Position numbers and translations under genes: made by a program. Under the pieces are notes generated by a model. It was not told the origin of the DNA. It made no database searches and worked only from the letters and a program-made list of their open reading frames with translations. A DNA stretch of 44,449 bases, taken from the IMG/VR virus record IMGVR_UViG_3300045993_000138. One strand, given 5' to 3'. Shown one piece after another: positions 1 through 8,068 of the stretch (positions within the stretch are counted from its first letter, which is position 1; every line of letters starts with the position of its first letter). The DNA comes from a virus. Lineage: Duplodnaviria; Heunggongvirae; Uroviricota; Caudoviricetes.

Positions 1-1
1 C

Positions 2-61
2 GCATTGAGCAACAACAGCAACCTCTACTACCGCAAGTTTATCGTAAGCAACTTGAAGTAA
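2..61 (+). CDS. gp23: C-terminal end of T4-like major capsid protein (partial)
   Basis: Frame 2 reads ALSNNSNLYYRKFIVSNLK*, matching the NxYYR..V.NL C-terminus of gp23; followed by a strong terminator and then gp3, the usual order. Confidence 0.8.
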   Translation, partial: ALSNNSNLYYRKFIVSNLK

Positions 62-97
62 TAGTGTAAAACTATAATAATATAAAGCGAAACGATT

Positions 98-127
98 GGG
101 GAGGGCAGAAATGCCCTCCCCTTTTTT
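98..127 (+). terminator. Rho-independent terminator after gp23
   Basis: GGGGAGGGCA-GAAA-TGCCCTCCCC perfect 10-bp stem followed by TTTTTT. Confidence 0.92.
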
Positions 128-131
128 ATGA

Positions 132-139
132 TATAAATA
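132..139 (+). promoter_or_regulatory. T4 late (gp55-dependent) promoter
   Basis: Exact TATAAATA 31 nt upstream of the gp3 start. Confidence 0.85.
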
Positions 140-169
140 GAAGTATACTGATCATTCAAGGTCACACTA

Positions 170-712
170 ATGTCGTTTTTACAGCCAGCAAATCAGAATC
201 CAGCACAGACAACTAAATTCAGGTTGAATTTTGACAGGCTCCCATATCTGACATTCTTCTGTATGTCGGTGAATCTTCCCGGCGTTTCATATCCAGAAGT
301 TGCCCGTGCGACACCATTCTCGGATATTCCAATTCCCGGTGACAAGATCAAGTACGAAGAATTAAGTATTAACTTCATGGTTGATGAAGACTATCGTTCG
401 TGGTTGAGTGTTCACGATTGGATTCGTGGTGTTACATTCCCAACAACCTTCGATGAATACAAGAACCTAAGAAATCAACTTCGTAGCAGTCCACTATCGC
501 AGTTGAACGCACAGACGGACAGACCGCAATATAGTGATGCAACACTCACCATATATACTAACATGAACAATCCAAACATTCGTGTGAAGTTTAGAGATTG
601 TTTTCCAATATCATTGTCCTCTATAGTATTCAATACTCAGGACAACGCTGATGTTATCATAACAGGACAAGCAGCCTTCAAGTATGCTTGGTATGATATA
701 GAAAGACTGTAA
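170..712 (+). CDS. gp3: Tail tube terminator / tail completion protein
   Basis: F.L...RLP...FFC.SVNLPG, PG.KI.Y..L.I.F.VDED, F.D.FP.SLS motifs; position between gp23 and uvsY. Confidence 0.85.
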   Translation: MSFLQPANQNPAQTTKFRLNFDRLPYLTFFCMSVNLPGVSYPEVARATPFSDIPIPGDKIKYEELSINFMVDEDYRSWLSVHDWIRGVTFPTTFDEYKNLRNQLRSSPLSQLNAQTDRPQYSDATLTIYTNMNNPNIRVKFRDCFPISLSSIVFNTQDNADVIITGQAAFKYAWYDIERL

Positions 713-732
713 TTTATTAATGGAGTTTAATT

Positions 733-1176
733 ATGAAGCCGACTGGTATTGAAGAATTGATGGAGATGTGGGAAAAAGATGCGAATGTGGATAAAACAGA
801 TCCGAGCAGCGAGATCATTCACATTCCTGTATTGCACTCAAAATACGTAAGAGAACATGCACTCCATACACTTGCTGCGAAGCAATGTGGCATGGAACTT
901 GCACGTATGAAGAAAATCAAGTGGGAATACTACAACGGTAAGCTAGATGAAGATACACTAAAGAAGTATGGTCTGGAACCATTCAGATTCGTAATCAAAA
1001 GTGATATCTCAATCTACTTCGATGCCGATGAAGATCTCATAAAGATACAGGCACGTAAGACGCTGCATGATCAGGCTATCGAAGTTTGTGCGGCTATCAT
1101 GAAAGAATTGAACTCAAGAACTTTCCAAATCAAGGCATTCATGGAATGGGAAAGATTCATAGCTGGTCAGCACTAA
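733..1176 (+). CDS. uvsY: Recombination mediator protein UvsY
   Basis: IP.LHSKY, KWEYYNGK, K.DI.IY.DAD, ELNSRTFQIK..MEWERF motifs; upstream of uvsW. Confidence 0.9.
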   Translation: MKPTGIEELMEMWEKDANVDKTDPSSEIIHIPVLHSKYVREHALHTLAAKQCGMELARMKKIKWEYYNGKLDEDTLKKYGLEPFRFVIKSDISIYFDADEDLIKIQARKTLHDQAIEVCAAIMKELNSRTFQIKAFMEWERFIAGQH

Positions 1177-1181
1177 AATAG

Positions 1182-2687
1182 ATGGAACTTATTATCGTCC
1201 AGAAGGTCAATGAGGTATACCTCCGTATTTTAGCGGACGATGGTATCAAGGCAGAAATGGACGATTTCTTTTCGTTCTATAAACCCGGATATCAGTATAG
1301 CCCAAGCTTCAAGGCTCGCCATTGGGACGGTAAGGCGCATCTGTTCAACAAGAGGACTTCGATGCTCTTTGGTGGACTACTTTCACATCTAAAGGCATTC
1401 TGTAAAGAACGTGAGTATAGTCTGTTTGTTGATCCTAAGATTTCCGAAAATCTCAATACAACATTCACAGAAGAACAAGCCAAAGAATTTGCTGTTCAAC
1501 TCAAACTTCATTCGAATGGAAAAACAATCACGCCACATGACTACCAGATAGCGGCATTCGTAGGAGCAATCAAGTGGAAGAGATATCTACTGCTGTCACC
1601 TACGGCATCTGGTAAGTCACTCGTTATCTACATGATATGTCGATATCTCCTTGCCACAGATTGTAAACGTGGTTTGATTGTTGTTCCGACTCTTGGACTC
1701 ATTCATCAGATGCTAGGAGATTTCAAAGACTATTCTGCAATTAACAAATGGAATGTAGATGGAAGTGTTCAACTAATCTTCGAAGGTCAAGATAAGAACA
1801 TTACAAAATCCATTACTATTTCAACATGGCAAAGTATTTACACGGCATCGAAACAATATCTGGAACAGTTCGATTTCGTAATAGGCGATGAAGCACATGG
1901 ATTTCAAGCGAAATCTCTTACATCTATTATGACAAAGATGACCAATGCGAAATATCGTATTGGAACTACCGGAACTATCGATGACAAGATTGTTAATAGA
2001 TTGACTCTGGAAGGTCATTTTGGACCACAGGCTAAAGTGGTTACTACTAAGGAACTGATGGATCGTGGTCAGATAGCCGAACTTGACATCAAGTGCATCA
2101 TTCTAAAATATCCAGAACACCTATGTAAGATAGTCAAGGAGGTTGAATACGCACAGGAACTCGACTTCATCGTTAAGAATGAAGCTCGCAACAAATTTAT
2201 TACGAACTTAGCCCTAGATTTGAATGGAAATACGTTAATTCTCTTCCAATTTGTTGAAAAACATGGAAAAATACTGTATAATATATTACTTGACAAAACG
2301 AAAGATAAGCCTCGTAAGGTTTTCTTTGTTCATGGTGGAGTGGATGCGGAGGATAGAGAAGCAGTGAGACATATTACAGAAAAAGAGAACGATGCAATTA
2401 TCGTTGCATCTTTTGGTGTATTCTCAACTGGCACTAATATCCGTCGCCTACATAATATTATGTTCGCTTCACCTTCAAAGTCGAAGATTCGTAATCTTCA
2501 ATCCATAGGTAGAGGTTTGAGACTCGGTGATGGCAAAGAGAAAGCCACATTATATGATATATCGGACGATCTAAGAGTAGGAAAGTATGTGAATTACACA
2601 ATGCAGCACTACGCTGAAAGAATGAAAACATATCATTCAGAGAAGTTCAGAATCTCAACCTTTAAGGTGGACCTAAAAAATGCCTAA
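1182..2687 (+). CDS. uvsW: SF2 DNA/RNA helicase UvsW
   Basis: Walker A SPTASGKS, DEAH box, GTTGT, QSIGRGLR; N-terminal WDGK motif. Confidence 0.95.
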   Translation: MELIIVQKVNEVYLRILADDGIKAEMDDFFSFYKPGYQYSPSFKARHWDGKAHLFNKRTSMLFGGLLSHLKAFCKEREYSLFVDPKISENLNTTFTEEQAKEFAVQLKLHSNGKTITPHDYQIAAFVGAIKWKRYLLLSPTASGKSLVIYMICRYLLATDCKRGLIVVPTLGLIHQMLGDFKDYSAINKWNVDGSVQLIFEGQDKNITKSITISTWQSIYTASKQYLEQFDFVIGDEAHGFQAKSLTSIMTKMTNAKYRIGTTGTIDDKIVNRLTLEGHFGPQAKVVTTKELMDRGQIAELDIKCIILKYPEHLCKIVKEVEYAQELDFIVKNEARNKFITNLALDLNGNTLILFQFVEKHGKILYNILLDKTKDKPRKVFFVHGGVDAEDREAVRHITEKENDAIIVASFGVFSTGTNIRRLHNIMFASPSKSKIRNLQSIGRGLRLGDGKEKATLYDISDDLRVGKYVNYTMQHYAERMKTYHSEKFRISTFKVDLKNA

Positions 2688-3105
2688 CGAAGAAGTAAAA
2701 GACCCGTACACCAAAATTAAATATTTTAGATTAGTTAATGGAGATAACATTATTACGGAAGTGAAGAGAGTATACAAGGGTAAGCTTTCTATTGTAAATC
2801 CTATGGTGATTGCTATCGATCCAGACTTTGAAGCAGGAAAGCAAACTATTTACATGCATCTATGGATGCCACAAGGAATTGCAAAAGGAAACCAATGCAA
2901 TCTTAATACTAAGGATATTATTTTCTCTGCTGATGTAGAGAATGATATTATTGAATACTACACTGGTACGATTAAAGATCTTTCCGAAGAAGATGCACCA
3001 GTACTGGCTGAGAAGAAGCCTAATGAGTATGTTGATGGAGATAAGAAAGTTGTAAGATTCTCTAGAGATACAAAGAATATTCCTAAAGATACTAATAATT
3101 CTTAA
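2680..3105 (+). CDS. Conserved T4-like hypothetical protein (Sm-like beta fold suspected)
   Basis: 'YFRLVNGDNII' start typical of the ORF between uvsW and gp55; ATG overlaps the uvsW end. Confidence 0.6.
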   Translation: MPNEEVKDPYTKIKYFRLVNGDNIITEVKRVYKGKLSIVNPMVIAIDPDFEAGKQTIYMHLWMPQGIAKGNQCNLNTKDIIFSADVENDIIEYYTGTIKDLSEEDAPVLAEKKPNEYVDGDKKVVRFSRDTKNIPKDTNNS

Positions 3106-3114
3106 AGCTATTCA

Positions 3115-3143
3115 TTGAAACCCTACACAGGGTATTCTACAGT
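3115..3143 (+). promoter_or_regulatory. Weak sigma70-type promoter for gp55
   Basis: TTGAAA-17 bp-TACAGT. Confidence 0.4.
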
Positions 3144-3162
3144 GATTTACATAAGTTGTCAA
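3134..3162 (-). promoter_or_regulatory. Near-consensus sigma70-type antisense promoter pointing into uvsW/uvsY/gp3
   Basis: Minus strand reads TTGACA-ACTTATGTAAATCACTG(17)-TAGAAT. Confidence 0.65.
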
Positions 3163-3184
3163 GTTTTTATGAGAGAAAATTATT

Positions 3185-3766
3185 ATGAGTGAACCAGTAA
3201 AGAAAGAGGGTGAAAGACGTAAGACCCATTACGTAAACAATGCTGATCTATTAAAGACCATTATACAGTATCGTAAGGATTGCCGTCGAGCGAAGCGAGA
3301 GTCTTTGGCGAAGCCAAAGATACCTGACTATATTGGAAAGTGTCTTATGTTGATTGCAGAGAATCTTTCTCACAAAGGTAACTTCGTATCATACACGTTC
3401 AGAGATGAAATGGTGGCAGATGCTATTGAAAATTGTATTATGTACTTTGACAATTTTGATCCGAAGAAGTCTAAGAATCCTTTTGCGTATTTCACACAGA
3501 TCATATACTTTGCATTCATTCGTAGAATTCAAAAAGAGAAGAAGCAGTTGTACGTCAAGTATAAGTCAACAGAACAAAAGGGAGTACTAGATGAATTTGA
3601 GCAATTTGAATCAGATGAATCTGGTGGCGGTACAAACAGACAATACGAAGGACTATACGAAAATATTTCAGAATTCATTGACACTTATGAAAAAGCAAGA
3701 CTAAAAAAGAAAAAGAAGAGTAAAAAAGCACTCGAATTGTTAATAGGAGAGGACAAAGATGAGTAG
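3185..3766 (+). CDS. gp55: Late transcription sigma factor
   Basis: HYVNN..L, IPDYIGKC...IAENLS.K.NF..Y.FR.EM..DAIENC..Y..NFDP.KS.NPFAYFTQI. Confidence 0.95.
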   Translation: MSEPVKKEGERRKTHYVNNADLLKTIIQYRKDCRRAKRESLAKPKIPDYIGKCLMLIAENLSHKGNFVSYTFRDEMVADAIENCIMYFDNFDPKKSKNPFAYFTQIIYFAFIRRIQKEKKQLYVKYKSTEQKGVLDEFEQFESDESGGGTNRQYEGLYENISEFIDTYEKARLKKKKKSKKALELLIGEDKDE

Positions 3767-4415
3767 AGAAACACAAAGCTGGAAATTGCTGTACAGAGTT
3801 CCGTGGTCAATATTGACTTGGTTTCTGCATGAAGTCTGCATTTTCCTTCCGCTCTATATTATTGGATTGGTATTGGTACCACTCGCTTTCTTAATCGGAA
3901 CAAAAGAAGACGATCTTGGATACCTTCACTTCAAATTACGTAAACTTATGTGGCTGTGGGATAACGATGAAGATGGAATCGATGGTCATAATTGGTGGGC
4001 AGACCAAAATGTAGGGAAATCTCAGTGGGGATTAGTCTGGAGTTGGTATTTAAGAAATCCAGTTAACAATTTGAAATACATTCCATATTTCAATCCAATC
4101 ATCACCAATCCATTACATAATCAGTACATCGGAACTGCAATGGATAACTCTTTGGAAGACACAGATCCGAGAGCAGAGAATCAGTGGTTTTTCTGCTGGA
4201 AATTTCCACATTGGGGATTTTACTATTACAATTTCAACCATGACAAAAAGACCTATACGAAATTCTTTTTGGGTTGGAGAATTCATCCACAAGATGATAT
4301 TTCATTCGATGAAAATGATCCAAGATGGGCACACAATGATCGTCGCTGGATCAATTACAAAAACAAGACACTTGGGTTTGCTGGACAGATGCGCGTAAAC
4401 CAAAAATTGAGTTGA
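3759..4415 (+). CDS. Trp-rich hypothetical membrane protein
   Basis: Hydrophobic N-terminal segment (about aa 12-46), WLWDNDEDGIDG motif, many Trp/Tyr residues. Confidence 0.6.
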   Translation: MSRETQSWKLLYRVPWSILTWFLHEVCIFLPLYIIGLVLVPLAFLIGTKEDDLGYLHFKLRKLMWLWDNDEDGIDGHNWWADQNVGKSQWGLVWSWYLRNPVNNLKYIPYFNPIITNPLHNQYIGTAMDNSLEDTDPRAENQWFFCWKFPHWGFYYYNFNHDKKTYTKFFLGWRIHPQDDISFDENDPRWAHNDRRWINYKNKTLGFAGQMRVNQKLS

Positions 4416-4440
4416 TTAAAGTTGGTGAATGCTGTATAAT
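4412..4440 (+). promoter_or_regulatory. sigma70-type early/middle promoter for gp47-gp46
   Basis: TTGATT-17-TATAAT. Confidence 0.7.
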
Positions 4441-4470
4441 GATTGGTATATATTTGTTTTGGATTAATTC

Positions 4471-5547
4471 ATGAAAGTTTGCGTGCTTGGAGATTCACAT
4501 TTCGGCATTCGTGGAGATAGTCTACAGTTTCATAACAACAATAAAAAGTTTTATGAAACTGTTTTCTTCCCATACCTGATTGAAAACGACATTAAGACCG
4601 TTATTCAAACAGGAGATCTATTCGACCGAAGAAAATTCGTCTCGTATCATACACTCCATCTTGCCAAGAAATACTTCTTCAACAGATTTGAAGAACTTGG
4701 TATCAAGCTCATAGTGTATCTTGGAAACCACGATACCTACTTCAGAAATTCACTGGAAGTAAATTGTGTCGAACTAACCCTTGTCGATTATATTGACAAG
4801 GGAGTGATTGAATGTATCAAGACTCCAGAAACCAGAGTATTCGATGGGGCTTCTATTGACATCATTCCTTGGATCTGTGAAGACAATGAGAAGCAGATTC
4901 TGGAGTTCATCAAGAATACCAAATCACACGTTTGTTTCGGACACTTCGAAATCTCTGGATTCGAAATGGATCGTGGTAACGTTTGTCATGATGGTATGTC
5001 CCGTGAAAAGCTTGATGTCTATGATATGGTTATATCTGGACACTTTCATCACAAGTCATCTGATGGACACATTTACTACGTAGGAACTCCTGCCGAATTT
5101 ACATGGGCAGATTATGGTGATCATCGTGGGTTCCATATCTTCGATACTAAGACGAGTGAATTGGATTTCATTGAGAATCCATATCGTATGTTCTATAAGA
5201 TCACATACGATGACAAAGTAGAAACACTTGAATCCATCAATGGCAAAGACTATGACCAGTATAAAAATACTTATGTCAAGGTAATCGTAGCAACAAAAGG
5301 TAATCCAGTTCTATATGATATCTTCTTAGAGAAGCTTTATGAAGTTTCTCCACAGGAAGTTACTATCGTTGAGGACTTTACAGATTATTCGGAAATTTCC
5401 GATGAAGACATTGTAGATCAGTCAGATGATACTATGACTACTCTGGATAAGTTCGTAGACACACTGGAAATGGGTCTGGATAAGAACAAACTCAAGACTG
5501 TCATGCGAGACATTTATCTACAAGCATTAAATGTGGAAACAAAGTGA
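4471..5547 (+). CDS. gp47: Recombination endonuclease subunit (Mre11/SbcD-like)
   Basis: Metallophosphoesterase motifs GDSHFG, GDLFD, GNHD, GHFE, GHFH. Confidence 0.95.
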   Translation: MKVCVLGDSHFGIRGDSLQFHNNNKKFYETVFFPYLIENDIKTVIQTGDLFDRRKFVSYHTLHLAKKYFFNRFEELGIKLIVYLGNHDTYFRNSLEVNCVELTLVDYIDKGVIECIKTPETRVFDGASIDIIPWICEDNEKQILEFIKNTKSHVCFGHFEISGFEMDRGNVCHDGMSREKLDVYDMVISGHFHHKSSDGHIYYVGTPAEFTWADYGDHRGFHIFDTKTSELDFIENPYRMFYKITYDDKVETLESINGKDYDQYKNTYVKVIVATKGNPVLYDIFLEKLYEVSPQEVTIVEDFTDYSEISDEDIVDQSDDTMTTLDKFVDTLEMGLDKNKLKTVMRDIYLQALNVETK

Positions 5548-7250
5548 TTATATTTAAGACATTAAGATGGAAGAATTTTCTTTCAACAGGTAATATCTGG
5601 ACCGAGATTGAACTTGATAAGTCTCCCAACACACTTGTGGTTGGAACTAATGGTGCTGGTAAATCCACGATGCTGGATGCACTGACTTTTGCGTTGTTTG
5701 GAAAGCCATTCAGAAACATCAATAAACCTACGCTATTGAATTCCATTAATCAGAAAGATTGCCTTGTCGAAGTAAATTTCAAGATCAATAGCAAGCACTA
5801 TAGAATTGTGCGTGGAATCAAGCCAGCCGTCTTTGAAATCTACATCGATGATATTCTGGTGGATCAGGATGCTGCCGCAAAGGATTACCAGCAAATCCTT
5901 GAGGAACAGATTCTAAAGTTTAATTACAAAGCATTCACACAGATCGTAATTCTAGGATCTTCTTCTTTCGTTCCGTTCATGCAACTTTCGGCAGCGGATC
6001 GTAGGACTATCATCGAAGATCTTTTGGGAATCGATATCTTTTCTGCTATGAACATAGTGGTGAAGGAAAGAGCGATGACGATCAAGAATCGTGGTTCGGA
6101 ACTAAAGATAGAAGTAGACACAGTTCTTTCCAAGATCGAACTTCAAAAGAAGTTCATTGAAGATGCTCAGAAGAACAACAAGGAACTTTCTCTTAGAAAG
6201 GAAGTAGATTATCAAGACCAGATTGCACAAATAGACAAACTGACTAAAGATGGTGAATTGGTGCAGAAGCATATCGATTCTCTGCTAAAGTCCATATCAG
6301 ACGAGAAAGTTCTGAAAGACAAGCAGAAGAAACTAGATCAGTTTGAGGCTAAGATCGAAGGTAATATTAACAAGGTCAAAAAGGATATTCAGTTTTACAC
6401 AGTAAATAGTACATGTCCAACCTGTGATCAGACCATTTCAAATGGAGAAGCAAAGGTACATGAGTGTAACTACAAGCTAAATGGATATTCGGAAGGTATC
6501 GCAAAACTTCAAGAAGAGTATAATAAGGTCAGTGAGAGACTTACTGAAATTACTGGTGTTCATAGGAAGATTAGTGAACACACTAGTGAGATTGCTCGTA
6601 TCAATGCATCAATCGTCCAGATACAAAAGTATGCCAGAAAACTCTCTGCCGAAATAGAGGATTTGCAAAGTAAGAAGGTTCTGTCGGAAGACATGATGAA
6701 TGTCTCAAAGGAACTTGTGGACAAACTTGAGACTCTAAACAAAGAACGTAGAGAACTGGTAGATACCAAGAACTATGTTGATATGGCATCGAGTCTCCTG
6801 AAAGACAGTGGAATCAAGGCTAAGATCATCAAACAGTATCTGCCAGTGATCAATAAGTTGGTAAACAAGTATCTTGCATCTATGGACTTCTTTGTTGCAT
6901 TCGAAATCAACGAAGAGTTCAAGGAAACCATCAAGTCACGCCACAGAGACGATTTCAGCTATAACAACTTCTCCGAAGGTGAAAGAATGCGTATTGATTT
7001 GGCATTGCTCTTCACATGGCGAGCAGTGGCTAAGATGAAGAACAGCATGAATACTAACCTACTCATTCTGGATGAAGTCTTCGATAGTTCATTAGATAAC
7101 ACTGGTACAGAAGAGTTCATGAAGCTAATTAATACACTTTCGGATACAAACGTGTTTGTAATATCACATAAGGGTGACGTTCTTCTTGATAAGTTCAAGA
7201 GTGTCGTCAAATTCGTAAAGAAAAACAATTTCAGTTACATAGAGAAATAA
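5544..7250 (+). CDS. gp46: Recombination ATPase subunit (Rad50/SbcC-like)
   Basis: Walker A GTNGAGKST, Q-loop FTQIV, zinc hook CPTC, signature FSEGE, Walker B LILDEVFD; GTGA start/stop overlap with gp47. Confidence 0.95.
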   Translation: MIIFKTLRWKNFLSTGNIWTEIELDKSPNTLVVGTNGAGKSTMLDALTFALFGKPFRNINKPTLLNSINQKDCLVEVNFKINSKHYRIVRGIKPAVFEIYIDDILVDQDAAAKDYQQILEEQILKFNYKAFTQIVILGSSSFVPFMQLSAADRRTIIEDLLGIDIFSAMNIVVKERAMTIKNRGSELKIEVDTVLSKIELQKKFIEDAQKNNKELSLRKEVDYQDQIAQIDKLTKDGELVQKHIDSLLKSISDEKVLKDKQKKLDQFEAKIEGNINKVKKDIQFYTVNSTCPTCDQTISNGEAKVHECNYKLNGYSEGIAKLQEEYNKVSERLTEITGVHRKISEHTSEIARINASIVQIQKYARKLSAEIEDLQSKKVLSEDMMNVSKELVDKLETLNKERRELVDTKNYVDMASSLLKDSGIKAKIIKQYLPVINKLVNKYLASMDFFVAFEINEEFKETIKSRHRDDFSYNNFSEGERMRIDLALLFTWRAVAKMKNSMNTNLLILDEVFDSSLDNTGTEEFMKLINTLSDTNVFVISHKGDVLLDKFKSVVKFVKKNNFSYIEK

Positions 7251-7251
7251 C

Positions 7252-7986
7252 ATGAGTGAAAAGAAAATCAAATTCGTTGATGGTGAGATGTATGAGTACG
7301 AGATTATGGATCTTGTCGATCCATATTCAGAAGTACTGAAAACAGTTACACCACATTTCGATTTCGAGAATCCACCAACAGATCCCAAGAAGCTTGGTAT
7401 ATCTCTTGTAGAAACAATGGTAAAGAATAATGGTGTTGGTCTTGCCGCACCACAAGTTGGTCTTCCATATCGTGTATTCGTAATGGGTGCCGAAGGTGTA
7501 GGATTCGCGTGTTTCAATCCAGAGATTCTAGAAGAGTATCATGGCTATGATAGATTTGAAGAGGGTTGCCTAAGTTTCAGAGGATTGTTCCTTTCTATCA
7601 ACCGTCCAGAAAGAGTAAAGGTTCGTTATCAGGATTGGAACGGTCTTGTCAAGGAAGAAACTTTCAGTGGACTCACTGGTAGAATTTTCCAACATGAACG
7701 TGATCATCTAGATGGTATTGTATTCACTTCGAAGGTTTCTAAGACTGTCTTGGAACGCGCAAAGGATAAAGTAAAAAGTAACTGCAAGAGATTGGATAAG
7801 CAGATTGCCATTCAGAAGGCAGCACAAAATGTTGTGAATCGTTCTAAAGGAACAATCAAGTCTTCGAAATTCAATACTCCAAATAGTGTCATCACTATTA
7901 AGGATCGAGTCGCGCCACCACTGCGTCAGACCACAAGTGAAGAAATCCCTATTTCTAAGCCAGATTCTACACCAGCCTCACTGTAA
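7252..7986 (+). CDS. def: Peptide deformylase with N- and C-terminal extensions
   Basis: All three PDF motifs: GVGLAAPQ, EGCLS, HERDH. Confidence 0.92.
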   Translation: MSEKKIKFVDGEMYEYEIMDLVDPYSEVLKTVTPHFDFENPPTDPKKLGISLVETMVKNNGVGLAAPQVGLPYRVFVMGAEGVGFACFNPEILEEYHGYDRFEEGCLSFRGLFLSINRPERVKVRYQDWNGLVKEETFSGLTGRIFQHERDHLDGIVFTSKVSKTVLERAKDKVKSNCKRLDKQIAIQKAAQNVVNRSKGTIKSSKFNTPNSVITIKDRVAPPLRQTTSEEIPISKPDSTPASL

Positions 7987-8044
7987 GTGATTGATTTAAT
8001 TCCAGTTTTTGCCACTTGACATTACATAGATTCTCCCGTAGAAT
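7984..8044 (+). promoter_or_regulatory. Strong early promoter with upstream TAAGTGATTGAT element
   Basis: TTGACA(8016)-17-TAGAAT(8039); the upstream 12-mer recurs before the 10575 promoter. Confidence 0.75.
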
Positions 8045-8068
8045 GGTAATACAAGTTGAGGAAAAGCA

